Shown here: positions 1 through 9,061 of the stretch, piece after piece
Layout of the letters: every line of letters starts with the position of its first letter
Position numbering within the stretch: position 1 is the first letter of the stretch
Virus record (IMG/VR): IMGVR_UViG_3300024275_000004
Location: 1 to 51,433 of that record
Direction: 5' to 3' (one strand)
From: a virus
Lineage: Duplodnaviria > Caudoviricetes
Length of the DNA stretch: 51,433 nt
Program-made: the position numbers and the translations under genes
Notes under the pieces: model-generated
What the model was told of the DNA's origin: nothing
The model's database searches: none
What the model saw: the letters and a program-made list of their open reading frames with translations, nothing else

Positions 1-127
1 CTGCTCTTCGTATCGGCTTTGTGAATGTGAACGGCAGCGTAGTGTATGTCACTCGTAATCCCATTCGTCGCTACAAGGCAGGGCTGAGCAGTGAGAACAC
101 CTCTGTAGCCACTCTCCGTGTGCATTA
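1..127. repeat. 127-bp exact terminal direct repeat (assembly circularisation overlap), copy 1
   Basis: CTGCTCTTCG...GTGCATTA is identical to 51307-51433. 127 is a common assembler k-mer size, and the repeat lies inside a CDS. Confidence 0.95.
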
Positions 128-431
128 CCCTGACGGGGAAGGCCTTACGCTGCATAAGGTGCAGGAGATGGAGTGTATTGAATTGGCAGATGCTTTGCTG
201 AATAAGTACCCCTCCAAGCGTAAGTGTGTCAATCACCTCCTGCAATTCCGTGGGGCAATGGCATTCGATAAGCAATTCGCTATTACAAGCGATATGGCTG
301 TTCTGTACAAGAAGCATATTGTAGGGGAGATTAATGCTGGCTCCCTGGAAATCACCTTTTACGACGGTTACAAGCATCTAGGCATTCTTCTGGACAATAA
401 TTATGAAAAAAGTATTCGAGCTTCTCAATAA
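1..431 (+). CDS. C-terminal part of a 201-aa hypothetical protein in the amidoligase cluster (starts at 51132 and spans the join)
   Basis: The reading frame runs from ATG 51132 across the overlap to TAA 431. Confidence 0.85.
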   Translation, partial: ALRIGFVNVNGSVVYVTRNPIRRYKAGLSSENTSVATLRVHYPDGEGLTLHKVQEMECIELADALLNKYPSKRKCVNHLLQFRGAMAFDKQFAITSDMAVLYKKHIVGEINAGSLEITFYDGYKHLGILLDNNYEKSIRASQ

Positions 432-1527
432 GAAACAAGTGAAGGGTGACGTAGGCATTGAGATTGAGTGTGAGGGTGAGGGCATGGATGCGGTAGACAC
501 TGCCCTTTGGAAGAGCGAGGACGATGGCAGTCTTCGCGGTGTCTATCCTGAAACTCGTGCTGAATACATCCTCAAGAAGCCGATTGCTGTAGGGGATGTT
601 AGGTTCGCTGTGGGGGAGCTTCAGGCCATTCTTGAAGAAGCTACATTTAAATTCTCCTTCCGTACCAGTGTCCACGTTCACCTGAATGTCCAGCAGCTTA
701 CGTATGTCCAATTGCTGAATCTGGTGTACACATATCTGCTGTTGGAAGAACCCATGATGACGTTCGCTGGTAAGGAACGTAAAGGTAATCACTTCTGTCT
801 TCGTCTTAATGATGCAGAGGGAATGCTTGATCTGCTGAATGAGATGTTCCGGCACGGTGAGAATACCATTCGGGACAACATGCAGAAGGATATGTATCGC
901 TATTCCGCCCTAAATCTCGAAGCTCTGGGTAAGTATGGCAGCGTAGAGTTTCGTGGTATGCGAGGTACGATGGATGTTGATGTATTGGAGACGTGGTGTA
1001 AAGCCATTGTTGCCCTTCGTACATACGCTGAGGAATTGGAATCTCCTTCTGTCATCTTCGCTGAATACGCAGCACTTGAGCCTCTGGCATTCATGCAGAG
1101 AGTGTTTGGGGGTGTCTTGGCGGATAAGCTGAAGTATCCGAAGGTGGTAAAGGATATCCAGCGTAGTTTCTCCCTGTCTCTTGACCTGCCTTATGCCTAT
1201 TCCGCTTACGTGGAAGAGCAAGCTCGTTACGCTGTCGAGTTTAAGGATGATTGGAAGGTGGGCGATATCCTGTCGTATGACCAGGCTGTTGAGTTTAATC
1301 GGCGTGGAGGCATTGTTAAGGATCGTATGGATGGCCGATATGATGTCACTCGTATGGCAGAGAAGCCTCCCGGTCAGAAAGCAGAGAAGGTGGCTAAGGT
1401 GGCTGTGAAGAAGGCAAAGCCTATTGCTGCAGATGTGCCTGTCGGAGCTGGCATTATTCGCGGTGTTGGGGCTGCTCCAGCATTCAATTTCGATATTCCA
1501 GGTATTGTGGAGGAAGTGCAATGGTAA
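403..1527 (+). CDS. putative amidoligase (Amidoligase_2-type, glutamine synthetase-like COOH-NH2 ligase)
   Basis: Motifs GIEIECE, DGSLRG, RTSVHVHLNV, RYSALN and GSVEFRG; sits next to GATase and ATP-grasp genes. Confidence 0.85.
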   Translation: MKKVFELLNKKQVKGDVGIEIECEGEGMDAVDTALWKSEDDGSLRGVYPETRAEYILKKPIAVGDVRFAVGELQAILEEATFKFSFRTSVHVHLNVQQLTYVQLLNLVYTYLLLEEPMMTFAGKERKGNHFCLRLNDAEGMLDLLNEMFRHGENTIRDNMQKDMYRYSALNLEALGKYGSVEFRGMRGTMDVDVLETWCKAIVALRTYAEELESPSVIFAEYAALEPLAFMQRVFGGVLADKLKYPKVVKDIQRSFSLSLDLPYAYSAYVEEQARYAVEFKDDWKVGDILSYDQAVEFNRRGGIVKDRMDGRYDVTRMAEKPPGQKAEKVAKVAVKKAKPIAADVPVGAGIIRGVGAAPAFNFDIPGIVEEVQW

Positions 1528-2279
1528 GCCTTAAGCTGTACCCATACAATCCGAATAGCGAGAGCGCAAAGGCTCTTGCTGAAGCCCTTAATATTAAGCG
1601 AGTGAAACATCATGGCAAGCCTCTACGTACAGATGTACTTATTAACTGGGGTGCAACAAAGATTAATCGAGAGGTACTGGCAGGACGTATTCTCAATGTG
1701 CCTGAATCCGTGGGGAACGCTTCAAACAAGCTACAAGCGTTTAAATTAATGGAAGGTATCACCACTACCGTGCCGTTCACAGAATCGATTGTAGAGGCTT
1801 CTAGGTGGGTTGCAGAGGGTTTTAGTGTAGTAGTGAGGCATAAGCTGAATGGACATAGCGGAGATGGTATTGAAATCATCGAACCTGCTGAGGGTCCGGG
1901 CGGTTTAACTAAGGCTCCGCTCTATACGAAGTATGTCAAGAAGCGTGATGAATATCGCATTCATGTATTTCAAGGTGAGGTGATTTTCCAACAACGAAAG
2001 GCTAGGAAGAAAGAGGTTCCAGATGATGAAATCAATTGGCAAGTGCGGAATCTGGCTGGTGGGTTTATTTTTGCTAATGCCGATGTTGTTGCTCCTGATT
2101 GTGTACGGAGGGAAGCTATTGCTGCTGTTGAGTCTCTCGGTCTGGATTTTGGGGCCGTTGATGTTCTGTATACGAAAAGTGGCGAAGCTTATGTCTGTGA
2201 AGTCAACACTGCCTGTGGGCTCGCTGGCACGACTTTGAATAAATATGTTGAAGCTGTGTCCAAATTTCTTCAAAACTGA
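1521..2279 (+). CDS. ATP-grasp ligase (RimK/YheC-like)
   Basis: LINWG, NKLQAF, GHSGDGI, EYRIHV, RNLAGG, GLDFGAVD, EVNTACG. Confidence 0.9.
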   Translation: MVSLKLYPYNPNSESAKALAEALNIKRVKHHGKPLRTDVLINWGATKINREVLAGRILNVPESVGNASNKLQAFKLMEGITTTVPFTESIVEASRWVAEGFSVVVRHKLNGHSGDGIEIIEPAEGPGGLTKAPLYTKYVKKRDEYRIHVFQGEVIFQQRKARKKEVPDDEINWQVRNLAGGFIFANADVVAPDCVRREAIAAVESLGLDFGAVDVLYTKSGEAYVCEVNTACGLAGTTLNKYVEAVSKFLQN

Positions 2280-2288
2280 GGTACTTAC
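2256..2288 (+). promoter_or_regulatory. putative phage-sigma promoter GTGTCCA-N18-GTACTTAC, upstream of the replication genes
   Basis: The same boxes with an identical 18-bp spacer occur at 9001 (+) and 30944 (-); variants at 41522 and 46354. Confidence 0.8.
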
Positions 2289-2294
2289 ACTCCC

Positions 2295-2408
2295 ATGCTT
2301 ACGATTCGAAGATTTGTACCTATCGGGTATCGTTGCCCACACGGACTTCATCAAAACGAGTGCCATACCTGTGTAGCTGCGAAACAACATCAAAGAAAAT
2401 TCAAATGA
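2295..2408 (+). CDS. 37-aa Cys/His microprotein, possibly on a leaderless mRNA
   Basis: Hand translation MLTIRRFVPIGYRCPHGLHQNECHTCVAAKQHQRKFK; the ATG is 6 nt after the promoter's downstream box and has no SD. Confidence 0.45.
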   Translation: MLTIRRFVPIGYRCPHGLHQNECHTCVAAKQHQRKFK

Positions 2409-2443
2409 TTTCGGAAGTTGACATTAACGATTGGAGAGATGAC

Positions 2444-2623
2444 ATGATTACCACTGAACAAGCCAAAGAAGCTCTGGAAGATATGGACGATTACGCTCGT
2501 ATGGATGTTGGTGTAATCCCCACTGGCCCTTACGAGGTGTTGAAGGAATTCATTTCCCAATACCATGATCTCATGAAAGTTAAAACTCTCCCTTACATTC
2601 TTCGTCCTAAGAAAGGAGACTGA
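2444..2623 (+). CDS. hypothetical protein (59 aa)
   Basis: GGAG 7 nt before ATG 2444, inside ORF 2333-2623. Confidence 0.6.
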   Translation: MITTEQAKEALEDMDDYARMDVGVIPTGPYEVLKEFISQYHDLMKVKTLPYILRPKKGD

Positions 2624-2624
2624 T

Positions 2625-4280
2625 ATTTCCAAATGTGTCGAAAAACTTCCTCACTTTACAGATAAATGCCAGTCACGTGATGGGTTACAGGTGTTTGCTA
2701 AGGACGATGGGACATTCGATGGCTATTGCTTTAGCTGTGGAAGCTATGTCCCTTCGCCCTATCAAGATAAACCTGAAGGATATAAGCCTGCATTCGTCAC
2801 GAAGACGAAGGAACAAATCCAACAAGAATTAGAGGAAATTCATGGCTATCGTGTGGTTAATTTGGACGATCGCAAGCTACGTAGTGATACTCTTGAGTAT
2901 TTCGGTGTTAAGGTGGGTGTCTCTGAGCAAGACGGTGAAACTCCTGCTCTGCATTATTACCCCTACACTGCTGCTGGTGCCGTGGTTGGCTATAAAGTAC
3001 GTCTCGTAAATCCCAAACGACTTTGGTCAGTCGGTAATCAAAGGGATGTAGACTTATTCGGGTGGGAACAAGCAAAGAAAACCGGGGGAAAGAAGTTATT
3101 CATTACTGAGGGCGAGATAGATGCTATGTCTCTTTTTCAGATTATGAAGGATAAAAACAAAGGTACTCAATATGCAGACAATAATCCTGCTGTTGTATCT
3201 CTTGCCCACGGCGCTGCTGCTGCTATGCGTGATTTGGCTAGATCGGTTAAAGATATCAGAGAGTTTTTCAAAGAGATTGTTCTGGTATTCGACCAGGATG
3301 ATGCTGGGAGAGCCGCAGCTACTGCTGTTATGCGTGTTATTCCAGACGCTCTCGTAACCACTCTCCCATTTAAGGATGTAAATGAGGGGCTACAGAAAGG
3401 ACATGGGAATCAAATCTATTCGTCCGTTGTGTTCAATGCCAAGAAGCCGAAGAACACTCGCATAGTTACCGCTTCTAGCGTTGTAGCCGATGCCCGCAAG
3501 GAGGCTGAATGGGGGTTTTCTTATCCTTATAAGAAGCTTACAGATATGACACGAGGGCAACGATTAGGAGAAGTAGTTTACTGGGGTGCTGGTGTTAAGA
3601 TGGGTAAGAGCGAGTTCCTAAACGATCTCGTAGCCCACAACATTAAGGCGCATGGCTGGAAGGTGTTTGTAGCTAAGACTGAGGAAACTAATGCTCGAAC
3701 TCTACAAGGGGTAGTAGGTAAGCTTGCTTCTCGAATCTTTCACGATCCTAAAATCCCATTCGACTACGATTCCTTTGATAAGCATGTGCCGCTAGTTGAA
3801 GATAAGCTGATGATGCTTAATCTGTACCAGGAACTCACTTGGGAAGGGTTGCAGGCAGATATTCGAGAGGCAGCAGCACAAGGAGCTAAGGCAATTTTCA
3901 TTGATCCTATTACCACACTGACTAATGGAGTATCTTCAGGCGATGCTAATACATTGCTTCAGAAAATCTCTCAGGAGTTAGCAGGTTTAGCTAAAGATTT
4001 AAACTTTATTGCGCATATCTATTGCCACCTTAAGGCTCCCGATAACGGCCTGTCGCACGAAAGAGGAGGTGCTGTTCAGTCTACTCAATTTGCAGGCTCA
4101 CGAGCAATGATGCGAAGTGCTCATGCAATGATTGGTTTTGAAGGAAATAAAGACCCTGATTTGCCTGATGACGAGCGTAATGTTCGCAGCATTGTACTTT
4201 TAGAGGACAGAAATACAGGGGCATCTGGTAGGGTTCCAGTCTTCTACGATAAGAACACAGGTATGTTTAACGAGATGTAA
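2625..4280 (+). CDS. T7 gp4-like primase-helicase (Zn-binding + TOPRIM + SF4 helicase); probable ATT start
   Basis: YCFSC, ITEGEIDAMS, FDQDDAG, Walker A GAGVKMGKS, IFIDPI, CHL, GS. The frame stays open upstream of GTG 2691 and carries more Cys/His. Confidence 0.92.
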   Translation: MSKCVEKLPHFTDKCQSRDGLQVFAKDDGTFDGYCFSCGSYVPSPYQDKPEGYKPAFVTKTKEQIQQELEEIHGYRVVNLDDRKLRSDTLEYFGVKVGVSEQDGETPALHYYPYTAAGAVVGYKVRLVNPKRLWSVGNQRDVDLFGWEQAKKTGGKKLFITEGEIDAMSLFQIMKDKNKGTQYADNNPAVVSLAHGAAAAMRDLARSVKDIREFFKEIVLVFDQDDAGRAAATAVMRVIPDALVTTLPFKDVNEGLQKGHGNQIYSSVVFNAKKPKNTRIVTASSVVADARKEAEWGFSYPYKKLTDMTRGQRLGEVVYWGAGVKMGKSEFLNDLVAHNIKAHGWKVFVAKTEETNARTLQGVVGKLASRIFHDPKIPFDYDSFDKHVPLVEDKLMMLNLYQELTWEGLQADIREAAAQGAKAIFIDPITTLTNGVSSGDANTLLQKISQELAGLAKDLNFIAHIYCHLKAPDNGLSHERGGAVQSTQFAGSRAMMRSAHAMIGFEGNKDPDLPDDERNVRSIVLLEDRNTGASGRVPVFYDKNTGMFNEM

Positions 4281-4298
4281 TGCTATCACCAAGTCAAT

Positions 4299-4463
4299 AT
4301 GAGCGATACTTTTAAAATAGACCCCCGCACTTTTGAAGAAGAACAGGAACGCCATCGTGGTGTTCATGACCAGGAGCGTAAGAAGCGTAAGCTAGAGAAT
4401 AAGCGTTTCCGAGAACAACGAGATAATGAGGCTTGCTATGGAATTACGGAACGAGACGATTAA
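4299..4463 (+). CDS. hypothetical protein (54 aa)
   Basis: Hand-read ORF MSDTFKIDPRTFEEEQ... fills the gap between helicase and sigma factor. Confidence 0.5.
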   Translation: MSDTFKIDPRTFEEEQERHRGVHDQERKKRKLENKRFREQRDNEACYGITERDD

Positions 4464-4932
4464 TCAGCATTACGTAGAGAATTACAATCGTCTATGTAAG
4501 TACATGAGGTTCCGCTCAGGAACCGAATGGAATGCTGAAGATGTTGTTCAAGAGGCTTATCACAATGCTCTGAAGTATTTTGAGAATTACGATCAGACAC
4601 AGCCCTTTCAAGCTTGGTTTAATCGTATCCTCATTAATGCCCTTGTAGACTTTAAGCGAAGGGAGAAGGGCAATATGGCTGAGGAGTTTGAGGAAGAACA
4701 TGCAGAAGGATTTGCTTGCACTCATTACACTGACCATGTTCTAAATCAGATTTACGAGCGTATCGAAGCTAAGGAAGAGGAGCATCATCGAGACATTCTA
4801 TTCCTACATTTCAAGCATGGATATTCTCCAAAAGATATTGCAGCTATTACAGGAAATTCCCCTCACGCCTCTCATAAAGTTATTCAGAGGTTTCGTAACG
4901 AATTGAAGGAACTATACGGCACAAAGCTATGA
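4438..4932 (+). CDS. phage-encoded ECF-type sigma70-family factor
   Basis: Region 2 AEDVVQEAY..ALKY, FQAWFNRILINALVDFKRR; region 4 HTH GYSPKDIAAITG; GAGG before ATG 4438 (alternative start 4426). Confidence 0.88.
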   Translation: MELRNETINQHYVENYNRLCKYMRFRSGTEWNAEDVVQEAYHNALKYFENYDQTQPFQAWFNRILINALVDFKRREKGNMAEEFEEEHAEGFACTHYTDHVLNQIYERIEAKEEEHHRDILFLHFKHGYSPKDIAAITGNSPHASHKVIQRFRNELKELYGTKL

Positions 4933-5054
4933 ATAAGTACATCGTGCATATTCAAGGGGAAGACGGTTACTTCTATTCCTTTGAAGCTGTTGCAGAATCT
5001 ATTTACGAATTGATGAAGGAGTTTCCGAATGCCTATCTCATTGATGAGCTATGA
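4929..5054 (+). CDS. hypothetical protein (41 aa)
   Basis: ATGA overlaps with both neighbours; MNKYIVHIQGEDGYFYSF... Confidence 0.6.
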   Translation: MNKYIVHIQGEDGYFYSFEAVAESIYELMKEFPNAYLIDEL

Positions 5055-6922
5055 AGGTATGCGTATTTGATATTGAAGCTGATGGCCTCCTAGATACGAT
5101 TACAAGGATACATTGTGCAGTCTTTAAAACTTTGGATGGGAAAGAGAAAGTTAAATTCAGGCCTCATCAAATGGCTGATATGCTTTCTTATATGGATTCC
5201 TGTGATGTTCTTATCGGACACAATGTACTCGATTATGATTTTCCTGCTATTCGTAGGATACTTGGATACCGTTATAAGGGAAAGATTGTAGACACCCTCA
5301 TCATGTCTCGTGCTCTAAACCCTAAGCGTCTTCTTCCTCCTCATGCTGTCAATCGTAAGGCTGGCCCTCATAGCTTATATGCTTGGGGTGTCCGAGTTGG
5401 TGTGGACAAGCCAGACCATGAGGATTGGGAAAACTTCTCTGAGGCTATGCTTCATCGGTGCTCAGAGGATGTGGAGATTAACTGGAAGGTTTATCACGAG
5501 CTGTTGAAAGAAGCAGCAGGAGGAGATTGGAAACACGCTTTCCAGATGTCCTTTAAGCTGTTTGAATTCCTTCAAGAACAGGCAGACTATGGATGGCTAT
5601 TCGACACTGAATACGCCAAGAAATCCATTAGCCGATTAGATAGGCTTATCGAATTTATTGATAAGGCTGTCACTCCAAAGCTACCTCTAATCCTGGAGGT
5701 AGACGAACAAAAACTAAAAGGAGAATATGGCTACATCAAAAAGCCTTTCCTCAAATCCGGGGACTACTCGCAGTCAGTTAAAAGTTGGGCTGGCGCTAAT
5801 GGCATTGACCTTGCTGACCGCCCCGTGCTTGGCTGCTTTTCTCGTGTTCATTACAGGATTGTAAATCTCAATTCAAATGAAGAAACAAAAGACTATCTCC
5901 TATCGGTTGGTTGGGAGCCTGTCGAATGGAACTACAATGACGAAGGAGAGCGCAGCTCTCCTAAGATGTCTAAGGACGACCCGTTTGAAGGTGTTGAGGG
6001 GACGGTGGGTAAGTATGTCGCCCGAAGAGTTCAATGTAGACAGCGAAAGAGTATTATCGAAGGTCTTATTGATGCAGTTAGGGCGGATGGGCGAATACCA
6101 TCAGCAGTCGCTAATATGGCTGTTACAGGACGTCTTACCCACAGAAACATCGTAAACATCCCCAATGCTAATGCATTCTGGGGTAAGCAGATGCGTAAGA
6201 TGTTTACCTGTTCTCCTGGAAAGGTGCTCGTCTCTACAGACTCGGCAGGTAATCAGATTCGTATGTTATGCGGACGTATGGGTGATGAGGATTACACCAA
6301 TACAGTGTTACACGGAGATGTTCATGAAGCTAACCGAATTGCAGCAGGCTTACCGACTAGAGCTAATGCAAAAACATTCTTCTACGGATTCCTCTTTGGA
6401 GCCGGAGACGCTAAGACTGGTAAGATCGTTAAGGGAACTGCGGAGCATGGCAGAAAGCTTAAGGAACAATTCCTTAATGGATTACCGAAGCTCAGAGAAC
6501 TACTTGACAATCTTGTCAAAGAATGGAGAAAGACAGCTAAGAAGCGGACAGTTATGCGTTTCGGAAGATTGCAAGTAGAATACTATGACGGTGTTGTTCG
6601 CGGCCTTGATGGTCGCCCTATCTTAATTCCAAGTGAACACCAAATCCTAGTGTATATGCTTCAATCGGATGAAGCCATCCACATGACTGCAGCTTATAAC
6701 AAAGCCAATATGGAACTCCGTAAGCGATATAAGTACGGAGAAGATTTCGGCTGTGTCTGCTTCTACCATGACGAATTCACTTTCGAATGTAAGGAGGAGA
6801 TAGCTGAGGAAGTTAAGAAAATCTCTGAGCAAGCTATTGCTTGGGCTGGACGGTATTTTAAAATCAATTGTCCTCATGAAGGGCAAGGGAAGATTGGTAA
6901 AAACTGGTACGAGGTGCATTGA
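5051..6922 (+). CDS. family A DNA polymerase with 3'-5' exonuclease (T7 gp5-like)
   Basis: FDIEADG, GHNVLDYD, TGRLTH, motif A DSAGNQIR, motif B RANAKTFFYGFLFG, motif C YHDEF. Confidence 0.95.
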   Translation: MKVCVFDIEADGLLDTITRIHCAVFKTLDGKEKVKFRPHQMADMLSYMDSCDVLIGHNVLDYDFPAIRRILGYRYKGKIVDTLIMSRALNPKRLLPPHAVNRKAGPHSLYAWGVRVGVDKPDHEDWENFSEAMLHRCSEDVEINWKVYHELLKEAAGGDWKHAFQMSFKLFEFLQEQADYGWLFDTEYAKKSISRLDRLIEFIDKAVTPKLPLILEVDEQKLKGEYGYIKKPFLKSGDYSQSVKSWAGANGIDLADRPVLGCFSRVHYRIVNLNSNEETKDYLLSVGWEPVEWNYNDEGERSSPKMSKDDPFEGVEGTVGKYVARRVQCRQRKSIIEGLIDAVRADGRIPSAVANMAVTGRLTHRNIVNIPNANAFWGKQMRKMFTCSPGKVLVSTDSAGNQIRMLCGRMGDEDYTNTVLHGDVHEANRIAAGLPTRANAKTFFYGFLFGAGDAKTGKIVKGTAEHGRKLKEQFLNGLPKLRELLDNLVKEWRKTAKKRTVMRFGRLQVEYYDGVVRGLDGRPILIPSEHQILVYMLQSDEAIHMTAAYNKANMELRKRYKYGEDFGCVCFYHDEFTFECKEEIAEEVKKISEQAIAWAGRYFKINCPHEGQGKIGKNWYEVH

Positions 6923-7077
6923 TGTGGAAAGTAATGAAGCAAGATTATGAAATGTCTTGGGAGGCAGAAATGATTAATCTATTTAAGGAAGAGGTTGCTG
7001 CTGATACTTGGATTGAAAATAACTCAGAGCAATACAACGACAATGGTCAGTTTCTTTTTACCGAGGAACTGGTATGA
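6922..7077 (+). CDS. hypothetical protein (51 aa)
   Basis: TGATG overlap with the polymerase stop; GAGG upstream. Confidence 0.55.
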   Translation: MWKVMKQDYEMSWEAEMINLFKEEVAADTWIENNSEQYNDNGQFLFTEELV

Positions 7078-7241
7078 AGTTCATTGATATCGAGAAGTGT
7101 AAAGAATATCTCCGCTCTTGTCATTATATGCGGGATGCTATGCTAGAGGAAGAGTTGCAACTTTCCAATCGTATTGCAGACATTACAAATAAAATTAATG
7201 AAGCTCAGATGTGGCTTCGTTCTAACAAGGAAGATAAATAA
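7074..7241 (+). CDS. hypothetical protein (55 aa)
   Basis: ATGA overlap; GAGGA SD; ends just before the SSB start. Confidence 0.55.
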   Translation: MKFIDIEKCKEYLRSCHYMRDAMLEEELQLSNRIADITNKINEAQMWLRSNKEDK

Positions 7242-7242
7242 T

Positions 7243-7953
7243 ATGGCACTAATTGCAAAGGCCCAACCGAAACAAGAGAATCGTCAATTCGTAAAGCAGC
7301 CTAGCCTTGAGGCAGGTACGTATCCTGGTCGTCTGGTACAGATTATTGATCTTGGCTTGCAGCCTCAGCGTCCTTTCAAGGGAGAAGAAAAGAAGCCTGC
7401 TCAAGAGGTGATGTGGACTTACGAGCTGGTAGATGCCTTCATGCTGGACGAACAAGGAAAGGAAATTGAAGATAAGCCTCGCTGGATTAGCGAGTCTCTG
7501 CCTTTCTATTCACTAGATAACGATAAGGCGAAGAGCACACAGCGTATTAAGGCGCTTGATCCTGACAATCAGTTTGATGGGGATGTGTCGCAAATGATTG
7601 GCACTCCTGTCAATGTCACCATCGTCCTTAAGCCTAATGCTAAAGACCCTGAGCGTCCTTATGAGAACATTGCTGGTACTTCGTTTATGCGTCCTCGTGA
7701 TGCTGCTAAGTGCCCTGAACTGGTTAATCCTCCGAAGGTGTTCGATCTTAGTGCTCCTGATATGGATGTGTATGCGAAGCTTCCTAAGTGGATTCAGGAA
7801 AAGATTGAAAGTAATTTGAATTTCAAGGGGAGCAAGCTTGAGAAGCTGCTTGGTGGAAAGCCTGAAGAAAAGGAACGAGCTGAGGAGAATCCGGTGGTGG
7901 CTGATAAGGGTGAAGATACGCCGCCTTGGGAAGACAGCGACGCCCCCTATTAA
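7243..7953 (+). CDS. putative single-stranded DNA-binding / replication protein
   Basis: Acidic-aromatic C-terminal tail (EDTPPWEDSDAPY), GTYPGRLVQIIDLG motif, position between polymerase and exonuclease; start at MALIAK. Confidence 0.65.
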   Translation: MALIAKAQPKQENRQFVKQPSLEAGTYPGRLVQIIDLGLQPQRPFKGEEKKPAQEVMWTYELVDAFMLDEQGKEIEDKPRWISESLPFYSLDNDKAKSTQRIKALDPDNQFDGDVSQMIGTPVNVTIVLKPNAKDPERPYENIAGTSFMRPRDAAKCPELVNPPKVFDLSAPDMDVYAKLPKWIQEKIESNLNFKGSKLEKLLGGKPEEKERAEENPVVADKGEDTPPWEDSDAPY

Positions 7954-8756
7954 TGCGTCAACCTTTGATTGATGCCGATGTGATTTCGTACGAATGCGGT
8001 TTTGCGGCTGAAACTGCATGGAAGGGAAGGGAGGGTGAAGGCCCTCCTCCTTGGGAGCTAGTAGAAGAAATGTTGGGGATGCGTATTGCAAATATCTGTG
8101 CGTTAGTTGACGCTACTGAACCTCCCATCATGTTCCTGACAGGCAAAACTAATTTCCGAAATAACATCGCTAGACGTAAGCCGTATAAAGAACGAGCAGG
8201 CAATAAGCCTTGGCATTACTATAACATCCGTGCCGTATTGAAGGGGCTATATGAATCAAGAGAAGTTGAGGGACTTGAAGCAGATGATCTTATGGCTATC
8301 GAGCAGACAAAGCGAGGAGATGAAACAATCATCTGCACCCGCGATAAAGACCTATTTCAAGTGCCTGGATGGATTTTCAGTTGGGAGTTGGGAAATCAAC
8401 CCCAACGAGGCCCTATGGTTATCGAAGGTTATGGAGAGATCAGGCTATCCGACAAGCGTGACAAAATCATCGGTCACGGTAGTTCTTTCTTTCTCTCGCA
8501 GTGCCTTACAGGGGATGTGGTAGACAGTGTACCTGGCCTGCCTAAATGCGGGCCTGTAGCAGCTCTTAAAATCCTTGAAGCTACCTCTGCCTATGCTGAG
8601 GGCTTAGAGGCTGTCAGAGAGGCTTATAGAGGCTCCTATGGGGGTGTTCTAGAGGCAGATGAGGCTTTAACAGAACAGGCTCGTCTCCTGCATATGGTGA
8701 GAGAGCTAGACGAACAAAACAATCCAGTGATGTGGAGTATTGAAAATGTTTATTGA
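7953..8756 (+). CDS. 5'-3' exonuclease (T7 gp6 / FEN-like)
   Basis: LIDAD, NFR, YK..R, LEADD, RDKDL.QVPG, GD.VDSVPG. Confidence 0.9.
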   Translation: MRQPLIDADVISYECGFAAETAWKGREGEGPPPWELVEEMLGMRIANICALVDATEPPIMFLTGKTNFRNNIARRKPYKERAGNKPWHYYNIRAVLKGLYESREVEGLEADDLMAIEQTKRGDETIICTRDKDLFQVPGWIFSWELGNQPQRGPMVIEGYGEIRLSDKRDKIIGHGSSFFLSQCLTGDVVDSVPGLPKCGPVAALKILEATSAYAEGLEAVREAYRGSYGGVLEADEALTEQARLLHMVRELDEQNNPVMWSIENVY

Positions 8757-8967
8757 ATTGCCGCACGAAGACGGATTTAAAGAATTTACAGTAACTGATG
8801 TAGGCTGCAATGAAGGATCAGGTTTCGCTGTTTATTTGAAAGAGTATCCATATGAATACTATCCAGATACTGAAGAAGAGTGCAGGAAGGTTGTAGAATT
8901 CTTTTTCACTTCAGCTAAGAAAGTGTATTCAAAGAAGTTTGGCAAGAATTTAGATGACGACATCTAA
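8740..8967 (+). CDS. hypothetical protein (75 aa)
   Basis: ORF with GGAG upstream, packed between exonuclease and HNH cassette. Confidence 0.6.
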   Translation: MKMFIELPHEDGFKEFTVTDVGCNEGSGFAVYLKEYPYEYYPDTEEECRKVVEFFFTSAKKVYSKKFGKNLDDDI

Positions 8968-8983
8968 TCGCAATGGAGGCTAG
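8954..8983 (+). pseudogene. 9-codon remnant (MTTSNRNGG*), probably the original 5' end of the 9471-9899 HNH gene
   Basis: Resembles KTRCNGAW, where the downstream gene resumes after the inserted HNH-AP2 cassette. Confidence 0.45.
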
Positions 8984-9000
8984 CTTTTATTTTTAAAAGT

Positions 9001-9033
9001 GTGTCCATTTTCCATTACAATTTAAGTACTTAC
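9001..9033 (+). promoter_or_regulatory. putative phage-sigma promoter GTGTCCA-N18-GTACTTAC
   Basis: Boxes and spacer length match 2256-2288 exactly. Confidence 0.8.
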
Positions 9034-9061
9034 ATTGTGTCCACTTTACATTGTAAGAACC

